DNA from: Deinococcus sp.
GTDB taxonomy: Bacteria > Deinococcota > Deinococci > Deinococcales > Deinococcaceae
Reading direction: 5' to 3'
Length of the DNA stretch: 64,000 bases
Assembly (NCBI GenBank): GCA_965261005.1
Contig: OZ253375.1
Coordinates: 1,152,001-1,216,000 of the forward strand
The notes below the pieces were generated by a model. That model did not search any database. It had not been told where the DNA came from and saw nothing but the letters and a program-made list of their open reading frames with translations. Below, one piece after another: positions 59,899-64,000 of this stretch. The translations under genes were made by a program, and so were the position numbers. Each line of letters opens with the position of its first letter. Within the stretch, counting starts at the first letter, position 1.

Positions 59899-61881
59899 TT
59901 GCTCTACCGCACTCCCCTGCGCATGCTGGGCGATCTGGTGTCGCCCAAAGCGCTCGAACGCATTCTGGACAGCGGCGCGCGCGACCGGGGCAAGGCCCTG
60001 CGGGACTTGTCGCGCGAAGACCTGAGCGACATGCTCAAGCGCGACGTCTTCAAGCGGCTTCAATTGAGCGTACCTGCGCCGCTGGCCAAGAAGCGCATTC
60101 AGGACGTGCTGGAGGCGCTCGAACAGGACAGCCTCAAAAACACCTCGATTCGCAACGAGGACACCCTGTTGGTGTCGCTTGAGGCGTCGGCGAGGCGCTT
60201 CAGCTTGTACTTCGATTGGCCCGAGGTGCAAAAGCTGCGCGCGCTGCTCGGCGTCACGCGCGCCGAGATGGAGTCGGGCAAAAGCGTGCCGGGCCTGCTC
60301 GACGAGGGCATGGGCCTGGTCGCCGCGCTGGAGCGGCGGCTGAACGAGGGGCTGGTCAGCCAAGCGGGCGACATCGCCGACTTGAGGGCGGAGCTGTCGC
60401 GCTTTGCCGGCATCGGCGGCCCCAAGCTGCGGCGCCTGGAGGGCCTGATCGCGCAAATTGAGGAGGCCCAAAAGCAGGACACCCTCTCGCTCGCGGAAAT
60501 CGAGCGCGCCCGGCACATCGCCCTGGAGCTGCGCAAGTTGGTCGAGTCGTCGGTGGTGGCGCCGGCGGGCGCGCTGGGCCTACAGGACTTGCCCGACCCC
60601 AGCTTGCTCACGCCCGAAGCGCAGCAGCGGCTCTCCGAACTCGACCGCGAAAGCGAGGCGCGCGACCTCAGCGAGTTGGTGAAGACCTTCGATCCCTTGC
60701 TGCGGGTGCGCCAAGACTTGGCAGACGAGTTGGAGGCCGCGCGCGCGCGCGGTGAGGCGGGTACGGTGCTGGGCGCCGCCTTGACGGGCCTGAAAGAGCG
60801 GCTGGGCGGCGAGCTGAACGCCGTCCTCACCGCGCAGCGCGCCGAACTGGGCGGCCTCTCGGAGCGCTTCGGCGCGCTTGAGGCCGCCGGCCGGGGGCGC
60901 GACGACGCGCGCCTGGCCCTCGAAGTGGCGCGCGCCACCTTGCAGGGCGGCGCCCTCGCGACCGACGAGTTGGCCGGCCTGGAGCGCACGCTGCGGACGC
61001 TTGAGCTGGCGGCGACCGGCGAAAGCGTGGGAACGCTGCTCGCGGCGCAGCGCGACCTCGGCGAACTCGAACGCGCCGCGCGCGGCGTGCGCGGCGCCGA
61101 GGAGGAGTTGGCGCCGCGCGTCGCGGCGGCGCGCGCCGCCTTGGAGCGCGGCGAGGCGCCGGCGCTGGACGAGTTGTGGGCCGTTCTAGAGCGGCGCATG
61201 GGTCAGGTGGCTCAAGAGCGCGAGCACTTCGACGCCCGCGCCGACGCCGTCACCCAGGAGTATGACCGCTACCGGCACCTCGCCGGCGACACCATCCAGA
61301 CGCTGGGCCGCTTGGCCGACAACGTGCGCCGGACCCGGCGCCTGGGCCAATTGTCCATCAAGGCGCGCGCCCGCTACGCCCAGCAGCTCGACCAGGCCGA
61401 GGCCTTACTCGGCGAGGCCCGCGCCGAGTTCGAGGCGGCCCGCGAACTCACCAGCACCTTTGGCAGCGACGCGCTGGAGGGCTTGCTGGGCGTGTTCGAC
61501 GCCGGCGAGGGCGGCCTGTTCGCGCCGGCGCACTTTGAAATGCGGCCGGCGCCGGCGGTCGCCCTCGCCGAGCAAGCCGCCGAACCGCTCGCCCTCGCCC
61601 TGGGCGCCCTCGCCATGCACGGTGGGGCGCGGCTGGCCCTGCTGCGCGGGGGGGTGCTCAGCTGGGGAAACCTGGACCCCGCCAGCGTGGACGCCGCCAA
61701 ACACCTGGTGTTGTCGGGGGCCACGCTGGGAGAGGCCCAATTGATCTCGGTGGAGTTGCTCGAAGGCGGCTTGCTGGCGCTCCCGCTGCGCGACGCGGTG
61801 CTGATCGCGCTGGTCGAGGACGGCGACGCCTTTGCCGCTTGGCGCGAGCAGCTGCTCGGCGCGCGCGCGGCCCTGCTATAA
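59899..61881 (+). CDS. Long coiled-coil hypothetical protein
   Basis: Heptad-rich; FSLYFDWPEVQKLR; N- and C-termini resemble those of 57334-58200. Confidence 0.8.
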   Translation: MLYRTPLRMLGDLVSPKALERILDSGARDRGKALRDLSREDLSDMLKRDVFKRLQLSVPAPLAKKRIQDVLEALEQDSLKNTSIRNEDTLLVSLEASARRFSLYFDWPEVQKLRALLGVTRAEMESGKSVPGLLDEGMGLVAALERRLNEGLVSQAGDIADLRAELSRFAGIGGPKLRRLEGLIAQIEEAQKQDTLSLAEIERARHIALELRKLVESSVVAPAGALGLQDLPDPSLLTPEAQQRLSELDRESEARDLSELVKTFDPLLRVRQDLADELEAARARGEAGTVLGAALTGLKERLGGELNAVLTAQRAELGGLSERFGALEAAGRGRDDARLALEVARATLQGGALATDELAGLERTLRTLELAATGESVGTLLAAQRDLGELERAARGVRGAEEELAPRVAAARAALERGEAPALDELWAVLERRMGQVAQEREHFDARADAVTQEYDRYRHLAGDTIQTLGRLADNVRRTRRLGQLSIKARARYAQQLDQAEALLGEARAEFEAARELTSTFGSDALEGLLGVFDAGEGGLFAPAHFEMRPAPAVALAEQAAEPLALALGALAMHGGARLALLRGGVLSWGNLDPASVDAAKHLVLSGATLGEAQLISVELLEGGLLALPLRDAVLIALVEDGDAFAAWREQLLGARAALL

Positions 61882-61894
61882 CGAAAGCGTGAGC

Positions 61895-62326
61895 ATGCAG
61901 CTTGGCGAGACCCGCCGCGCCGACTCGCCAGAAGCGCAACGCCAACTGGGTGCCGAGCTGGCGCTCAGCTTGCCGCCGGGGGGCGTGCTGTTTTTGGAGG
62001 GCGAGTTGGGCAGCGGCAAAACGACCCTCACGCAAGGATTGGCGGCGGCCCTGGGCGTCGAGGGTCAGGTCAGCAGCCCCACCTACGCCCTGATGCAGCT
62101 GTACCCCGCGGCGGGAGGCCAACTGTTACACGTGGACGCCTACCGGGTGCGACGCGCGGACGAGCTGTACAGCATGGACTTCGAGCAACTCGTGCGGGAC
62201 AGCCGCCTGAGCGTGGTGGAATGGGGCCAGCTGTTCTACGCCGACTTTCCGGAGGCCTGGCTGCTGCGGCTCACCTACGCAGGCGCCCCTGCCGGGGACG
62301 GGCGCCTGATCACGCGGGTGCGCTGA
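61895..62326 (+). CDS. tsaE: tRNA threonylcarbamoyladenosine biosynthesis ATPase
   Basis: GELGSGKTT, SSPTY, HVDAYR, VEW. Confidence 0.95.
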   Translation: MQLGETRRADSPEAQRQLGAELALSLPPGGVLFLEGELGSGKTTLTQGLAAALGVEGQVSSPTYALMQLYPAAGGQLLHVDAYRVRRADELYSMDFEQLVRDSRLSVVEWGQLFYADFPEAWLLRLTYAGAPAGDGRLITRVR

Positions 62327-62381
62327 GGCAACCCCAGCGCACGACCACTTCAGCGCAGGCCTATCTCAGCGCAAGTCCACT

Positions 62382-63701
62382 TCAGCGAACGACCGCCGCC
62401 GGTCGCTTGGCCTGCGCGCCCAAGCGCAGGCGCAGCCCGTCGGCGTACTCGCTCAGAGCGCGCAAGGTGTCGGGCACGCTCGCGCGCAGGTAAAACTGGC
62501 CGTCGCCCAGCGCGCTAAGCACCGAAAACGGCGCGGCGGACAGGGTTTGCAGCACGGCGCTCAGCTCGGCGTCGTTCACGCCGCTGCCCAGCCGCTCGGC
62601 CAAGCGCGCCCGGCTGACCACGCTGTAGGCCGGCTGTTGGGCCAGCGTGAGCAGCACAAAGGAAAAGACGCCGCGCTGTGACAATTGGGCGCTCACCAAT
62701 TCGGCGACGCTGGCGACGCTTTCCAAGTCGAAGCTGCCGGTGTTCCAGTAACCGCGCAGCTCGATAGGACTCAGCTTGGCCAGGCGGGCGTGTTCGAGGA
62801 GGGCGGACAGCGCCTCGCGGGTGAGGCGCGCCCCCGAAGCGGGCCGCTCGCCCTCGCGCACCAGCACCGCGCGATAGTCGTCCTGCGCGCGCCACTCGGG
62901 TGAGGTAGCTGCGCCGCCGCTCAGCGCGATCAGCACGCTGTAGCCTTGCGCGCCCAAGTCGGCGCGCAGGCGCAGCAGGCCCGGCGCGGGCCGCTCACAG
63001 CGGTAGCCCGTGCGCGCGCACAGCTCTTCGAGGGCCGCCTCGCCGTCCAAGCTGTCGGGATCGGGCAACGGCTCGGTTTGAAGATGAGGCGGTTGCAGGA
63101 TCGGTTGCAGGTGGGATGGGGCGGCGCGCTCCATCTCCTCCGGCCAAATTTGCGTGGGCGCCATGTGTATGGGCGCCATGCGAACGGGCGCGGGCCGGTC
63201 GGGGGGCTGGGATAAAGGGGGCTGGGACAAAGGGAGTTGGGCCGGGACGTCGGGCGCGCTGTCGGCCGACGCGGGGACGTTCGCCGGCGTCTGTTCGGCC
63301 ACGTCCACCTCCGTGGGGGCGCGGCGCTCCAAGCGGACCTCGCGCACGTAGGCGCTCTCGCTGACCACCACGCGCTGCGGCGCGGCGCCCGCGCGTCTCG
63401 TGGCGGCGGCACTCCGCTCACCCAGGGGCTTGACCACGCACTCGACTTGATAGCGGCGCTCGGCCAGCGGCGTGATCAGCAGCACGTCGTTCACGCCGAG
63501 GTTGAAGCGGGCGTACAGCTCGCCGAGGCCGAGCACACGGCCCGCCGCGCGGTCCACCGTGGCCTCGTACTCGGCGCCCTTGTCGTCGAGCAGGGTGACG
63601 GCGCCGCCTTCAGGAAACACGGACTCCAAATATTTCAACAGACGCACGCTGCCCTCGGACAGGCAGGGGCGGGTCAGGATGTAACGCACAGAACCCTTCA
63701 C
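62382..63701 (-). CDS. Conserved-looking hypothetical protein with a low-complexity linker
   Basis: GTG start with AGGAG RBS; N-terminal domain [17 protein letters not shown]-terminal possible wHTH. Confidence 0.7.
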   Translation of the reverse strand: MKGSVRYILTRPCLSEGSVRLLKYLESVFPEGGAVTLLDDKGAEYEATVDRAAGRVLGLGELYARFNLGVNDVLLITPLAERRYQVECVVKPLGERSAAATRRAGAAPQRVVVSESAYVREVRLERRAPTEVDVAEQTPANVPASADSAPDVPAQLPLSQPPLSQPPDRPAPVRMAPIHMAPTQIWPEEMERAAPSHLQPILQPPHLQTEPLPDPDSLDGEAALEELCARTGYRCERPAPGLLRLRADLGAQGYSVLIALSGGAATSPEWRAQDDYRAVLVREGERPASGARLTREALSALLEHARLAKLSPIELRGYWNTGSFDLESVASVAELVSAQLSQRGVFSFVLLTLAQQPAYSVVSRARLAERLGSGVNDAELSAVLQTLSAAPFSVLSALGDGQFYLRASVPDTLRALSEYADGLRLRLGAQAKRPAAVVR

Positions 63702-64000
63702 GCGACTCCTCTCTTGACAAGCTCGTCTTGACAAGCACGGCCGCTCAACACGCCCCGCCACGGCCAAAGAGCGGCGAACACGCTTGAGTTCGTCACACGA
63801 TAGCAGACTTTTTGTACGCAAACGCCCAATCAAACAAACCCTGGACGTTCTGTTAAATGCGAAGTTTTATACACTTTTTAGTTCTTGTTGGGGCGCCGGG
63901 CCGTGTCCGATCGCGGCGGGCGCGGTTTTCGGGAGCTGGCTCTATAGTGAGAATACCGCAGACGCGGTCAGGAGGAACGCTTGAATCTGGCGGTCGGGAC

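Noticed and set aside
63848..63864. TTCTGTTAAATGCGAAG as an RDRM
   Set aside because: Right half-site has several mismatches.

Overview
High-GC chromosomal window from a Deinococcales bacterium; the Gfh1 homologue, two RDRM/DdrO boxes and several lineage-typical genes support this assignment. Most of it is housekeeping and metabolism: polA, lepB, ruvA, lysS, gfh1, recO, glmS with its upstream glmS ribozyme, kbl, tsaE, three sugar ABC transporter operons and carotenoid-type genes. The main accessory feature is a ~9.8 kb defence island starting 31 bp downstream of glmS. It is a translationally coupled type I R-M operon, hsdM-hsdS-[ABC ATPase]-[HNH]-hsdR. The embedded PtuA/PtuB-like (Septu / retron-effector-like) pair sits where PrrC sits in EcoprrI, and no retron RT is present in the window. 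hsdS is split by an IS4-family element with a 10-bp TSD. Other mobile or decay features: an intact ISAs1 with a 10-bp TSD; a nested MITE abutting a 5'-truncated malE; a maltose operon with three separate lesions; a REP-like pair flanking a fasciclin gene. Family assignments come from motif recognition by eye, not from database searches.
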